Positions 1 through 25,521 of a stretch of DNA of 64,000 nucleotides are shown piece after piece. The translations under genes were made by a program, and so were the position numbers. How positions within the stretch are numbered: the stretch's first letter is position 1; every line of letters begins with the position of its first letter. The notes below the pieces were generated by a model. That model was not told the DNA's origin and made no database searches. It was given only the letters and a program-made list of their open reading frames with translations. The DNA is from Amoebidium appalachense. Taxonomy: Eukaryota; Protista; Ichthyosporea. The stretch spans positions 11,588,328-11,652,327 of the forward strand of contig CAVNZM010000002.1 of NCBI GenBank assembly GCA_963693365.1, written 5' to 3'.

Positions 1-382
1 GCAAGAACATCGAAAGGTTTATTTTGGCTCTTTTTTTTTTTGCGCACTGTCTGCTGATACCGGTGAAGAAGCTTTCTAGCGCTGGAAAGTAGTGCAGCTC
101 TGCTCGTGGCATGGGACTCAGCTGGGAGTTGTTGGGTCGGGTCGAAGCGGACAAGGCGAGACGGGAGGAGAGGGAGGGAGAGGGGAATACCTTGGTTTTG
201 TGCGCGAGGGCGTGAGCGGGAAAGCGATTGAAAGAGTGAGAGCGGGAGGGAGAATTAGAGAGACAGAGAGAGAAGGAGGAGAGAGAGAGAGAGGGAGCGA
301 GAACTGAGGGAAAGGAGGGTCTACGCATCCAGAGGCAGCCTTGTAGTAACATGGACTTGGAGTTTTGTTGAGGAAGAGAAAG

Positions 383-13504
<13,122 letters not shown>

Positions 13505-14186
13505 AATGGGGTTAAACCCCACCTGTAAAAGGGTTAAATTGCATGGGCTGCACGGTGAAATTTCAGCAACGCGGGGGTCCGGTTAGGCTAAGCGAAGATT
13601 AAGCCTTTATTCATTTTGTTCAAGAGCAAAGGAAATTGAGTGCTTGGCTTTGCCAGAATAACTGGATCTGGTACTTTTGATGTAGATTAGTTTTTCTCCA
13701 TTAAGAAAGATACGTGAAAAGCTGAAAGATTCATGTAGGCACCTTATTGTGCAGTTGTTTTTTGTATGCGCTGTTGTTGCGTGCAAGACGTTTTCTATGC
13801 CTCCGGGTGTGCACGTGTGAGCTCGTGTGAGCTACCACCCACCCATATCCACGTTTTTCATTGGACGAAAGTCATCAACTAGAATTACGGTAAAATCCAT
13901 GAAGAAATAAATTTGAGAATGTGCGGGTGGGTCAGAAAGAACCCCCATAATGAATACGTCTTGCACCTTTAAACGAAACCCTCCCCCCCCCCTCTCCCCC
14001 CTCCCCCGCACCTCAAAGCACCCCTTCTCCCTCGTGTTCTTGCCTTATCTGTAGAACCCCTTCCCCCCTTCCCCCCCCCTTCCCCCACCCACCCACCCAC
14101 CCACCCAACCCAACCCAACCCCCCCCCCCCCCCCCTCCCCGGGCCCACCTCCCCCTACAAAGCACCCCCATCTTTTTTCTGCATCA

Positions 14187-14219
<33 letters not shown>

Positions 14220-14451
14220 CACATACACACACCAACACCACCGCCACCTCCACCCAACTACCCGAGAGCTCCCACCATCTCTTTTTTTTTTTTTTTGCAT
14301 GTACGCTGATTTATTGTTTTTGTTCCCTGTCAGAACTTTCAAACATGGGCAGTGCTGTAATAGATTGCCTAAAATATGCTGCAAAACATTGTTTGTGCTT
14401 GTGCAACTTGCTTGCTCATGCTTTGCCAGATATCCGGGAGCTTGTGGGCTC

Positions 14452-14499
<48 letters not shown>

Positions 14500-14878
14500 A
14501 TTAGGCTCGTGGGAAGCTATCTATTGCCGATTAATGCCATAAACGTCCGGTACCCAGCCGTGTTGAGCATTTTTGTTTTATTCTTTTGAGTATACACATC
14601 TGCACACTGTTATGAAACTATTTTTTCCCGAACATTTACACTGTGGTCTATTATACATACGTATCAACCTCAAGCCTTCCTAATAATTATGAATACACTT
14701 GAATTTGAAATACTTTGATGTTACACTAACATGATATCGATGCTTGGGTGTTCATCGTAGACAAAAATAAGAGGAGAAAGGTCCTAGCTAAATGCCAAAA
14801 ATATCAAGAGGTGTATTTTGCGCATCGTAACTCGCGGCACTATGAATAGTGTAAGATTACATTTTCATTGAGATTGAA

Positions 14879-16348
14879 CTAACACACAGAAGGTGTTGCC
14901 ATCCACCCGCAGATCCTCGCAAAACGGCTCTGGGTGATGCGCACACCGGCGTTGTAGTCGGGCTCCCAATGCCAGTTCCAAAACAGAGGCCACTCAATCA
15001 CCTGCTTCTTCACCTCCACATTATTCACGCCGTATATGCGCCTCAACCCGCTATCCGAGAAGAGAACATACATTCCAGACCCGCTCGTCCCGGGGACAAT
15101 ATCGCAACGATGGCGCAGCTGGTTGGTGCGGGCGTCAACAATGGGGCAGTAGTGGTGCCACATTTGGCCCCAGGGTTTGTCTCCTGGATAGCCGTTGATG
15201 TTGAAGCCCCACCCGTTGGAAATCCCGTTGTGCCACCCGAACGACATATACCCAACGTTCGGTTCTTCGGTTAGCGTAATAAGTGCGAAATCCGACTCCC
15301 AATCCTTGTTCAGAGTCCACGCCGTAAGCGTTACCGCTCCAGCCCACCCGTACGTACGGCCGCCGGGAGGAACACCGTTTTCGTTGTTGAGTGAGGGGCG
15401 GAAGTTGAGGTTTGCGATCCAGTCGCCGCCTGGGCCGGAGTGCACGCAGTGGCCTGCTGTCAGCACGTGACGCGGGCCAATCAGTGTCCCCGTACAGTGG
15501 TTGCCCACCATCCCAACAGCACGGTAAGGGAAATTGTTGCTGTTGCCAACGCGTGTACGGTCGTCGGTGCCAAAAATGTAGCGCCTACTCTTTTGTCCTG
15601 CCGTGGGACCGTCCGCCCCTTTGGGAGAAGCACCAAATGAGTGCAGGTTGTCGAACTCGGACATACGTTTGAGCATTTCGTAGAGAAGGGAAATGGCCTC
15701 CTTGTTTTCTGGGTCTATCATGGAGCGGCGGACGGGTGCCATTCCCCCGTTAGGCCCCGGGTTGTTGACCGCATCGAGCGCGGTTTGAAGGAGAAGGCCT
15801 TGGAGAGGAAGGTCGATCTCACGCGGGGTCGGGTTGGGGTTCTCTGGGCACGAACGGTGAGAGTCGAGCTCTTGATACACGCCCGTGAAGCTGGTTTTCT
15901 CCGGAAGTTCAACCGTCTTGATGAACCCCTTGTACTTGAGGGTGTTGAAGGGGTTCAGTTGCTGCCATTTTTCATCGAAACCAAACCCGTCGTTGGGCTC
16001 CGGTGTGCTCTCCAGAGGGTCCACCTGATCGGTGGGGTTTCTGTCAGCCAGGAAGTTTTCCAAACGAGATGACGTGGTTGGAGCGGTGGTTTGTTTAGTG
16101 GTGGTGGTCGTTGACACGGGTGGCACTACGATAGTAGGTGTGGGAGTAACTGGTGGTTTGTTGATGAGCGAAGAGATAACGTTGATGGGTGTGATGATCG
16201 TAGGGACGATGGTTATGCGGCGGGTGGTGGTGGTGGTCTTTTTGGTGGTGGTTGTCTTAGGGAGAGGGATCTTGACTATCGCCTTGGGTGCCACAGCGGC
16301 GTAGGCTGAACTGGCCAAAGCTAGAAGAAGGATTATTGATGTTTTCAT
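14879..16348 (-). CDS. Secreted trypsin-fold serine protease (V8/glutamyl-endopeptidase- or PRSS23-like), copy 1, 489 aa, intronless
   Basis: ATG at 16348 begins a signal peptide (MKTSIILLLALASSAYA), then a Thr/Pro-rich linker and propeptide. Basic site KSRR|YIFGTDDR. Triad motifs LTAGHC, ESDFA, GTSGSG. Confidence 0.92.
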   Translation of the reverse strand: MKTSIILLLALASSAYAAVAPKAIVKIPLPKTTTTKKTTTTTRRITIVPTIITPINVISSLINKPPVTPTPTIVVPPVSTTTTTKQTTAPTTSSRLENFLADRNPTDQVDPLESTPEPNDGFGFDEKWQQLNPFNTLKYKGFIKTVELPEKTSFTGVYQELDSHRSCPENPNPTPREIDLPLQGLLLQTALDAVNNPGPNGGMAPVRRSMIDPENKEAISLLYEMLKRMSEFDNLHSFGASPKGADGPTAGQKSRRYIFGTDDRTRVGNSNNFPYRAVGMVGNHCTGTLIGPRHVLTAGHCVHSGPGGDWIANLNFRPSLNNENGVPPGGRTYGWAGAVTLTAWTLNKDWESDFALITLTEEPNVGYMSFGWHNGISNGWGFNINGYPGDKPWGQMWHHYCPIVDARTNQLRHRCDIVPGTSGSGMYVLFSDSGLRRIYGVNNVEVKKQVIEWPLFWNWHWEPDYNAGVRITQSRFARICGWMATPSVC

Positions 16349-16431
16349 TCTCAAGGTTTAGTTGTTGCTTTAGTTGCTTTGTTCTAACAAAACGCTTTCT
16401 GCGCTTGAAGAAAAGTGGTAAGATTTGCTGC

Positions 16432-16438
16432 TTATATA
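16432..16438 (-). promoter_or_regulatory. Candidate TATA box of protease copy 1 (conserved in copy 2 at ~25605-25611)
   Basis: TATATAA on the minus strand ~85 bp upstream of the ATG in both copies. Confidence 0.5.
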
Positions 16439-17269
16439 TTCTCGAGGGTGATGTGGAATGTGGTGATCTTGTGATGGAACGTACAGTTTACCATATCGCC
16501 AATCAAAAGGGCTTTTGGCGAGGCTCTTTTGGTCATCAGACGGTTTGTGGAATGCATTGCATTCCAGGAATAGTTTAGGAACGCCTTATCAATCTGACCC
16601 GCAGTGGGTCACGGTGAGACTGAGGATGAGATATCATAAGAAGATTATATCAGCAATGGAAATAGTTTTATACCAGTTCTCTGTATATTTTGAAAAATCT
16701 GCATTGAGCAACAAAAGGAACGCTGCAGGTGTTCGTCCGAGTAAGTTCGAATCCTCTCCTTGGCACATGACGTCATGACATCCACCGCCTGTGAGGCTTT
16801 TTATCATCTCTTTTTATCACTGGAATGTGTGCGGCATCTTGTACGGCGGAATGAATTCGAATGCCTTCTGATACTAGTCCATGTGTGCACATGTCAACGA
16901 CCCCTTGCTACTTTTATTAAGTATAGGTTACATGATAGAGGCACTGATAATTAATATGGTGGTATGAGAGTTTTATCAGGTAAAAGCTAAGGGGCACCGA
17001 ACGCATGTCTCATCACTCTGTGACTCTCTGTCGTATGGGATGCATCAACGTAGGCAACGTTGCCTTTCCCTCGGCTTTCTGGTGATCTACAGATGATCAA
17101 ATGGGACGCGTGCTCGCATACGGGGATGGTTAGAACTTAGAAGACGGCAGGGCAACGCCGGGTGCGAAAAAGACCTACTTCTTCAGTGTATACATAATCA
17201 ACATGATGATATATAGCTGATACTTATGATGGTCATGATCATTAGTACCATATGTATGTATGTATGTAT

Positions 17270-18177
17270 GATAAGCCGACCGGCGATCTGAGCCACTTTT
17301 GTGGCTCGAATGACCTAGTTGTGCGCGATCCCTATAAGTGGTAGTAAATATACAAAACTCACAAAACAAACTACACACCGACGTTGCTGAGAACCTAACG
17401 GTCACGCAGACACCAAGAATACGAAGTTTTGTCTCTAATGTCTGCTTCATACTGCGCTGCAAACTGGGTTTGTAAGCGAAGATTTTAATTTTCTGGACGA
17501 ATTTTTGGTTATGTTCGAAATATTGCCTCCCCATGGTGTGCTACGCCCTAAAATTATTAGTAGAAAACAAAGAGGATAGTGTTGGCATGCTACCTGCAAA
17601 TTTGAAGGTTTTTCGTCGTCATTTCACCGAGATCACGTCGTAGCGTTCTGTAGGAGATAGCCTTCCTCCACCGGAAAAGAAGGTCGGCAGCCGGGCGGAA
17701 TCGAGTCAAACTGGGCTCTCTGGACAAGTTTTTGATTATGTCAAAATATAGTTGCTTCCAGGTGCGTGGAAACCTTCAAAAATAGCAGAAAGCAAAGAGT
17801 ATGTTTCTAGCGTGCTAGCGGCAAAATTTGAAGGCTTTATATTGTCTTTTCATCGAGTTCACTATGTACCGTTCTCAAGGGGTCCACCCGCTTCCGGCGG
17901 AAATCTGGGCTGAAATCGATCTGTCGACTGCCGAGGAATGCGAAAAAAAACACGATACCCCTTGTTGGTTGGCAAGCGCTGACGCCCTATTTTATTACAC
18001 CAATCACCTTGGTCCAAAGACAAAAAAGGCAGGAAACTTCAGCAGCTAACTGGGCATACCAAGAAAGCGCGGGCGACTCTCGACCACTACGCTACAGGGG
18101 TGGTCGTCGGGTACGAGCCACTTTAGTGGCTATTTCGACCCATTCGAGCCACTAAAGTGGCTCACAGTCGACTTATC
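17270..18177. mobile_element. Non-autonomous TIR DNA transposon (MITE-like), 908 bp, inserted in a (TATG)n microsatellite
   Basis: Absent from the paralogous site in copy B (~26372-26395, plain TATG tract). Ends GATAAGCCGAC…TGAGCCACTTTTGTGGCTCGAATG and CATTCGAGCCACTAAAGTGGCTCA…GTCGACTTATC are imperfect inverted repeats, flanked by AT on both sides. No transposase ORF. Confidence 0.88.
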
Positions 18178-18460
18178 ATGTATGTATGTATGTATGTATG
18201 GAGCTCCGGATCCGAAGAAGTCGCACGCGTGCATATCATCCCAAGTCGTGATCTTCGAAGCCATGGATCGTCTCCGAAGGAATTTTCGCGTCCCAAGGCA
18301 GCAGACACGTCCCGTACACACAGTAAGATGGCAGGCGAATATCGAAGGCGGGACTCGAGTCCCCGTCTGCAACTACTACTACACTTGAGGAAGGAAGGAT
18401 GAATGAAGCTGTGTACTGGCCGCGGCTAGAGAGAGCGGGGGGTGGGAAGAGAGCCGGAGG

Positions 18461-18492
<32 letters not shown>

Positions 18493-18569
18493 AGAAGGGC
18501 GAGGAGAGCTGCGAGAGAGATATCTGAGAAAGCTACAAGAGATTGGGGGGGGGGGGGGGGGGGGGGAGG

Positions 18570-19170
<601 letters not shown>

Positions 19171-20357
19171 GGGGAGGGGGGGGGAGGGGGGGGGGGATCT
19201 GCAGATTTATTAGTAGTGTTTGCAAACTTTTACACTACATATAGTATCGGCCCTTAACTTAACACTGATTAGCTAAGTGTCTTTTGTTTATTTTGTTTCT
19301 CATCGGACTCCTGGCCTGGACTCCTGAGATATGCCCATACCATTTAGAGCAAGTTAGATGGGGAACAGGGGGAAAGGAGGAGGGAGGGATGGGGGTGGGG
19401 GGGTGGGGGGGGAGGCACGAGTTGATCATCTTGGCAGATATTGGAGAAAAGGAAACCGTGGTGAGTTTATGTTCATGTTCCGCGGTGGTACGTGTGTTTG
19501 TTGTGTTGTGTTGTGTTGTGTTTGCGTGTGTGTGCGCGCGGGCGCACGTGCGTGTGTGTGTGGGCGGGCGGGTGGGCAGGCGGGCGGGTGTGCATGTGTG
19601 CATGCATGTGTGCGTGTGGCGGTTGTGTAGTCAGGTTGTTTTTATTTGACGTTTCATTGTGAGAGGTTGGGGGGGGGGGGGGGGGAGCAAGTGTGGAAGG
19701 GAAGCGGGGGGAGGTGGGGTAGGAGGGGGAGGGGGGGGGGGAAGAGAGAGAGAGAGGGAGGGAGAGAGAGAGAGAGAGAGAGAAAGGAAGAGGAAAGAAA
19801 AAAGGAGGTGAAATGGGGGGGGGGGGGGGGGGGAGGGGAGGGGAGGGAGGGACCGGAATGACTCTGACGGGAGTTGAAAATGTGTAGTAGTCACTGTGCC
19901 CAGAACATAAAAAAAATCCTTATGCTAATGGACCAAACACCGTTATAGTTTTTCTTTTTAGAGGGGATTTAAGCGGGTAATTAGATGGCATGATTCGGAT
20001 ATTTATTGTTTACATGGTGCCTATTAATTTTTTTCCAGCGAAAGATATCGAAACAATGCAGAAACAGAATGTTAAGTTCATAGTAAACGGGTAGAATATT
20101 GTGTTTTATTTCGGAGACAGCCTGAAATTAGCACCAGGGGAAAAAAAAGAAAGAAAAAAGCATAATAAAAATCAGAATATAAAGAGCTTTAAAAGCCGAA
20201 AGAAAAGAGAGATAACAGATTCACGTTTCCGTTAAAACAATTGTTAACAAATGGCATATACTTAATCTCAAACTAAGCTCTTTACTGTAACCACTGCCCC
20301 TATTTGTAAATAGAGACACCAAAATCGGTAAACAGCCATCACCTTGACATCTTTGCA

Positions 20358-20395
<38 letters not shown>

Positions 20396-20719
20396 TTGTA
20401 TATATGATTATACTAGTATTGTGTAACCGATCGGTCTAAATAGCATCATCAACGAAGTTAACCGAGAATTTGCCGGACAAGCAAACAATTGACCTTCGAG
20501 TACATGAAAGTTAGCCCGTCCATCTATATAGCATATATCATTTACATAAGGATACAAGCATATGGTAACTATACACTGAACATGTCAATCTAATTCAATG
20601 ATATCCAACGAAAAATAAGGTAGGAGGTTTCTATATGGAGTACATGAAGATTCACTCACCCATCCATTATCTATCCAGCAAAAAAAAGGGATTGGGTCTC
20701 AATGTAAATTACATGAAAT

Positions 20720-22080
20720 TTACTTTTTTATCGGTGCTACGCATTCGCACTGAGCCGAATACGTCTCCACACATTGCACCTGCGCGCACCACTCATCCGT
20801 CACCCCCGAATTCTTTTTCGCCACACACGTACGTGCAGGGGTGGGGTTCTTTGCGTCCAAATAGTAGCACACCCCCGGGTTGCATTTGTTGGAGACACAC
20901 CAGGTGTCGGGGATGTGCGACACACGGGACTTGCAGTCAAAGGTGAGCGTTTCTGTGTGTGTCGGTGTACAGTGGGCGGGGGGCGGGCGCGGGGGGAGAG
21001 GGGGAGGGGAGGGGGGGGGGGGGGGGGGAGGGGGTACGAAAGTGTAAACGTGTGTGTGTGTGTGGTGGGGGGGGGGGGGGGGGGGGAGGGGGAGGGGGAG
21101 GGGGGGGGGGGGTAGAGGGGTTGCATGTGTGTGCGGGGGATTATCGTACATTCATGTGTGAATGTAGTGTTGTTGTTTTTTGTTTTCTTTGTTGGTTTTA
21201 TTTTTCTGTTTTTTTTTTTTTGTGTGTGCGTGTGTTGGGGGGGGGGGGGGGGGAGGGGAGGGGGGGGGGGGGGGTTAGAGCGGGGGGGGGGGGGGGGGGG
21301 TAAGTGTGCATGTGCATGTGTACATATTGTGTGTATTGTGTGTGTGTGAGTGCTGTGTATGTGTGTGTTTGGCTGGCTGGGGGGGGAGGGCGGGGAGGGG
21401 AGGGGGGGCACACACACCCACACGGCTGAAGCGCTTGCCATCAGCAGAGACAGTGCGCACGTGCACTTGAGAAGATGTGATTGGTGCGCCAGTGCTAGGC
21501 ACCGCCTTCCAACGTTTTCCATTCGTCGAATACTGAACCTGGAGCCCGGGAAGTTCACTCGCAGCGTAAAGGACCCCGTCTTTCCCAGCCGCACCCGCTG
21601 GGGGCACACGATATTGAACCACCACCGCATCCAATTTACGAAGCTCCTTCTTGGCGAGAACGTTAACAAACGACTGGTACTCAGCGTCGAGTGCAGTTGT
21701 GTTCACAAATTCGGTCTTTGGGTGAGCGTCATCGGCCCCCCTGCTGAAAATCCGCCCCGGGTACAAACTCGAGTTTGTGCGAGGCAAAGTGCCAGGCGCA
21801 CTCCGCCAAGGCGAGCATGCGAGGGAAAAGCATGTACTCGAATTGTGATTGGGTACGGACCGTCTTTGACCAAATATGGCCTTGAAGCCCCTTAACCACG
21901 TGCCAGAGATCGGTGGCTCCTGATTGGAGGAAATACGGTGTGTTGTCGCGGCTCGTCGCGGTTTCGGCGTTCTGGTACACGTTGACGGGGGCGAATGAAA
22001 ACGTCCGCTTCAGCCCGGTGCTCCGGCTCGCCCAATAGTATCCCCGCTCAGCGGTGTTAACCTCTTACGGCATGTCGAAT
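20720..22080 (-). pseudogene. 5'-truncated GH20 chitobiase duplicate (3' part of exon 4 plus exon 5)
   Basis: Highly similar to 28936-30422 and starts abruptly at the duplication junction. It has a +1 frameshift at ~21755 (CCCGGGG) and changes at conserved GH20 positions (WSET to WSKT, ERAW to ECAW). Confidence 0.88.
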
Positions 22081-22117
22081 TATTTCTTTCTTTCTTTTTT
22101 TTTTTTTGTCTACACAG

Positions 22118-22800
22118 AACGCTACAGTAAGGGAGCAGGGGCAGCCTCAGCTGACCGCAAGGAGCGGCCTGTGACCACGGCAGCAGTTGCCAGCCGGCTG
22201 GTTGGAGGGGCACTTGGGATCACGGTCAGGAGGACACAGGAGCAGATAGCTGCAGACAGGGAGATGCAGAAGGAGAGAGGTGTGTGCGGGTGGGTGGGCA
22301 TGGGGGTGGGGGGGGTGGGGGGAGAAATGGGGAGGGGTGGGGTGGGGGGGGGGGGGGGGGGGGGGGGAAGGGGGCACTCGAGGCTTCTTGTGGTATTGCG
22401 TAGGAGGATTTGGAGGTTGTGGTTTTTATCAGTGTGGTTGGGTGGGTGGGTGGGTAGGTGGGTGTGTGAGTGTGGGTGTGGGCGTGTGTGTGTGTGTGTG
22501 TTTCTGCTTCAACGGCCATCAATCCCCAGCACTCACTCATTTCCTTCTTTTGTCCCCCTTCAGTTCCTTTGCCCCAACACCTCGAGAAGTTAAGACTGTC
22601 GGAATTAACTCTTTTGCGCCGGGGGGGGGGGGGGGGGGGGGGGAGGGGGGGGGGGGGTATATGGGTGGAGTGGCGTTATCAAAGGCACATATAGTAGTTA
22701 ACTGTGGAGTTGGGCCGTGTGTGCAGAGAAACGAGGTGCCACAAGACAGCAGGCAGCACAGCAACAGCACGAGGTGGACTCGGCATTTGACCTGGGATAG
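22118..22800 (+). pseudogene. Duplicated last two exons of the R3HCC1-like gene (22118-22279, 22727-22800); orphan or alternative terminal exons
   Basis: Near-identical to 12942-13106 and 13431-13504. AG/GT sites and stop are intact. One in-frame 3-nt deletion (DREKMQ to DREMQ) and one D-to-G change. Confidence 0.8.
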
Positions 22801-24051
22801 AATGGGGTTAAACCCCACCTGTAAAAGGGTTAAATTGCATGGGTTGCACGGTGAAATTTCAGCAACATGGGGGGGTCCGGTTAGGCTAGGCGAAGATTAA
22901 GTCTTTGTTCGTTTGTCCAAGGGCAAGGGAAACTGAGTGATTGGCTTCGTCAAAATAACTGGGTTCGGTACTTTTGATGTAGATTAGTTTTTCTCCGTTA
23001 AGAAAGATACGTGAAAGCTGAAATATTCATGTAGACACCCCTATTTGTGCGGTTGTTTTTTGTGTGCGCTGTTGTTGCGTGCAAGACGTTTTCTCTGCCT
23101 CCGGATGTGCACGTGTGAGCTCGTGTGAGCTACCACCCACCCATATCCACGTTTTTCATTGGACGAAAGTCATCGACTAGAATTACGGTAAATTTCATGA
23201 AGAAATAAATCTGAGAATGTGCGGGTGGGTCCACGTCAGAAAGAACCCCCATAATGAATTCTTCTTGCACGTTGAAACGAAACCCCCCCCCCCCCTTCCC
23301 CCCTATATTTTTGGAGACGGGAGCACAGCCCCTCGTGCGCATGTGTGGCTTACTGCCCCCAACCCAACCCTCCCCCCCCCCCCCCCCCACCCCCCCCCCC
23401 CCAACACACACACACATACACACAAACACCACCACCTCCTCCACCCAACCACCCGAGAGCTCCCTCCATCCTTTTTTTCTTTTTTTTTCCCCATGAACGC
23501 TGATTTATTGTTTTTGCTCACTGTCAGATCTTTGGTTTTGGGCAGTGCTGTAATAGGTTGCCAAAATATGCTGCAAAACATTGTTTGTGCTTCAAGTTGT
23601 GCAGCTTGCTTGCTCATGCTTGGAGAGCTCGGTTGGGGGGGGGGGGGCATTTCTAGTGGGGAGCTATCTAATACCGGTTAAGGCCATAGACGTCCAGTAC
23701 CCAGCCGTGTTGAGCATGTTTTGTTTTATTCTATTGAGTATACACATCTGCACAGGCGTTATGAATCTTTTGGGTTTTTAGAATATTTACAAGGTGGTCT
23801 ATAGTAACCAACCTCACGCTGCCCTAAAATGTAAAATCTATATATATAGATCTAGAGTACACTTGAATCTGACTTGTACTATGATCATACACTAACATGA
23901 TATCGATGCTTGGGTGTTCACCGTAGTAGACAAAAATAAGAGGAGAAACCTCGCGAAATGCCAAAACTATCAAGAGGTGTATTTTGCACACCGTAACTCG
24001 CGGCTCTATGAACAATGTATACGTAAGAAATAAGTTTTTATTGAAATTGAG

Positions 24052-25521
24052 CTAACACACAGAAGGTGTTGCCATCCACCCGCAAATCCGCGCAAAGCGG
24101 CTCTGTGTGATGCGCACACCGGCGTTGTAGTCGGGCTCCCAATGCCAGTTCCAAAACAGAGGCCACTCAATCACCTGCTTCTTCACCTCAATATTATTCA
24201 CACCGTATATGCGTCTCAAGCCGCTATCCGAGAAGAGAACATACATTCCAGACCCGCTCGTCCCGGGGACGGTATCGCAACGATGGCGCAGTTGGTTGGT
24301 GCGGGCGTCAACAATGGGGCAGTAATGGTGCCACATTTGTCCCCAGGGTTTGTCTCCTGGATATCCGTTGATGTTGAAGCCCCACCCGTTGGAAATCCCG
24401 TTGTGCCACCCGAACGACATATAACCAACGTTCGGTTCTTCGGCTAGCGTAATAAGTGCGAAATCCGACTCCCAATCCTTGTTCAGAGTCCACGCCGTAA
24501 GCGTTACCGCTCCAGCCCACGCGTACGTACGGCCGCCGGGAGGAACACCGTTTTCGTTGTTGAGTGAGGGGCGGAAGTTGAGGTTTGCGATCCAGTCGCC
24601 GCCTGGGCCGGAGTGCACGCAGTGGCCTGCTGTCAGCACGTGACGCGGGCCAATCAGTGTGCCCGTGCAATGGTTGCCCACCATCCCAACCGCGCGGTAA
24701 GGGAAATTGTTGCTGTTGCCAACGCGCGTACGGTCGTCGCTGCCGAAAATGTAACGCCTGCTCTTTTGCCCCACCGCGGGACCGTCCGCCCCTTTGGGAG
24801 AAGCACCGAATGAGTGCAGGTTGTCGAATTCGGACATACGTTTGAGCATTTCGTAGAGAAGGGAAATGGCCTCCTTGTTTTCTGGGTCTATCATGGAGCG
24901 GCGGACAGGTGCCATTCCCCCGTTAGGCCCCGGGTTGTCGACCGCATCGAGCGCGGTTTGAAGGAGAAGGCCTTGGAGAGGAAGGTCGATCTCACGCGGG
25001 GTCGGGTTGGGGTTCTCTGGGCACGAACGGTGAGAGTCGAGCTCTTGATACACGCCCGTGAAGCTGGTTTTCTCCGGAAGCTCAACCGTCTTGATGAACC
25101 CCTTGTACTTGAGGGTGTTGAAGGGGTTCAGTTGCTGCCATTTTTCATCGAAACCAAACCCGTCGTTGGGCTCCGGTGTGCTCTCCAGAGGGTCCACCTG
25201 ATCGGTGGGGTTTCTGTCAGCCAGGAAGTTTTCCAAACGAGATGACGTGGTTGGAGCGGTGGTTTGTTTAGTGGTGGTGGTCGTTGACACGGGTGGCACT
25301 ACGATAGTAGGTGTGGGAGTAACTGGTGGTTTGTTGATGAGCGAAGAGATAACGTTGATGGGTGTGATGATCGTAGGGACGATGGTTATGCGGCGGGTGG
25401 TGGTGGTGGTCTTTTTGGTGGTGGTTGTCTTAGGGAGAGGGATCTTGACTATCGCCTTGGGTGCCACAGCGGCGTAGGCTGAACTGGCCAAAGCTAGAAG
25501 AAGGATTATTGATGTTTTCAT
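24052..25521 (-). CDS. Secreted trypsin-fold serine protease, copy 2, 489 aa, intronless
   Basis: Same architecture and catalytic triad as copy 1, with 8 amino-acid differences by comparing the supplied translations. Confidence 0.92.
   Translation of the reverse strand: MKTSIILLLALASSAYAAVAPKAIVKIPLPKTTTTKKTTTTTRRITIVPTIITPINVISSLINKPPVTPTPTIVVPPVSTTTTTKQTTAPTTSSRLENFLADRNPTDQVDPLESTPEPNDGFGFDEKWQQLNPFNTLKYKGFIKTVELPEKTSFTGVYQELDSHRSCPENPNPTPREIDLPLQGLLLQTALDAVDNPGPNGGMAPVRRSMIDPENKEAISLLYEMLKRMSEFDNLHSFGASPKGADGPAVGQKSRRYIFGSDDRTRVGNSNNFPYRAVGMVGNHCTGTLIGPRHVLTAGHCVHSGPGGDWIANLNFRPSLNNENGVPPGGRTYAWAGAVTLTAWTLNKDWESDFALITLAEEPNVGYMSFGWHNGISNGWGFNINGYPGDKPWGQMWHHYCPIVDARTNQLRHRCDTVPGTSGSGMYVLFSDSGLRRIYGVNNIEVKKQVIEWPLFWNWHWEPDYNAGVRITQSRFARICGWMATPSVC

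Noticed and set aside
14879-16348. Bacterial contamination as the source of the intronless protease
   Set aside because: It is embedded twice between spliced eukaryotic genes and microsatellites, with a TATA-like promoter.
16745-16766. B-box-like GTTCGAATCC suggesting a tRNA or SINE
   Set aside because: No cloverleaf or A-box, and not preserved in the paralogous copy.
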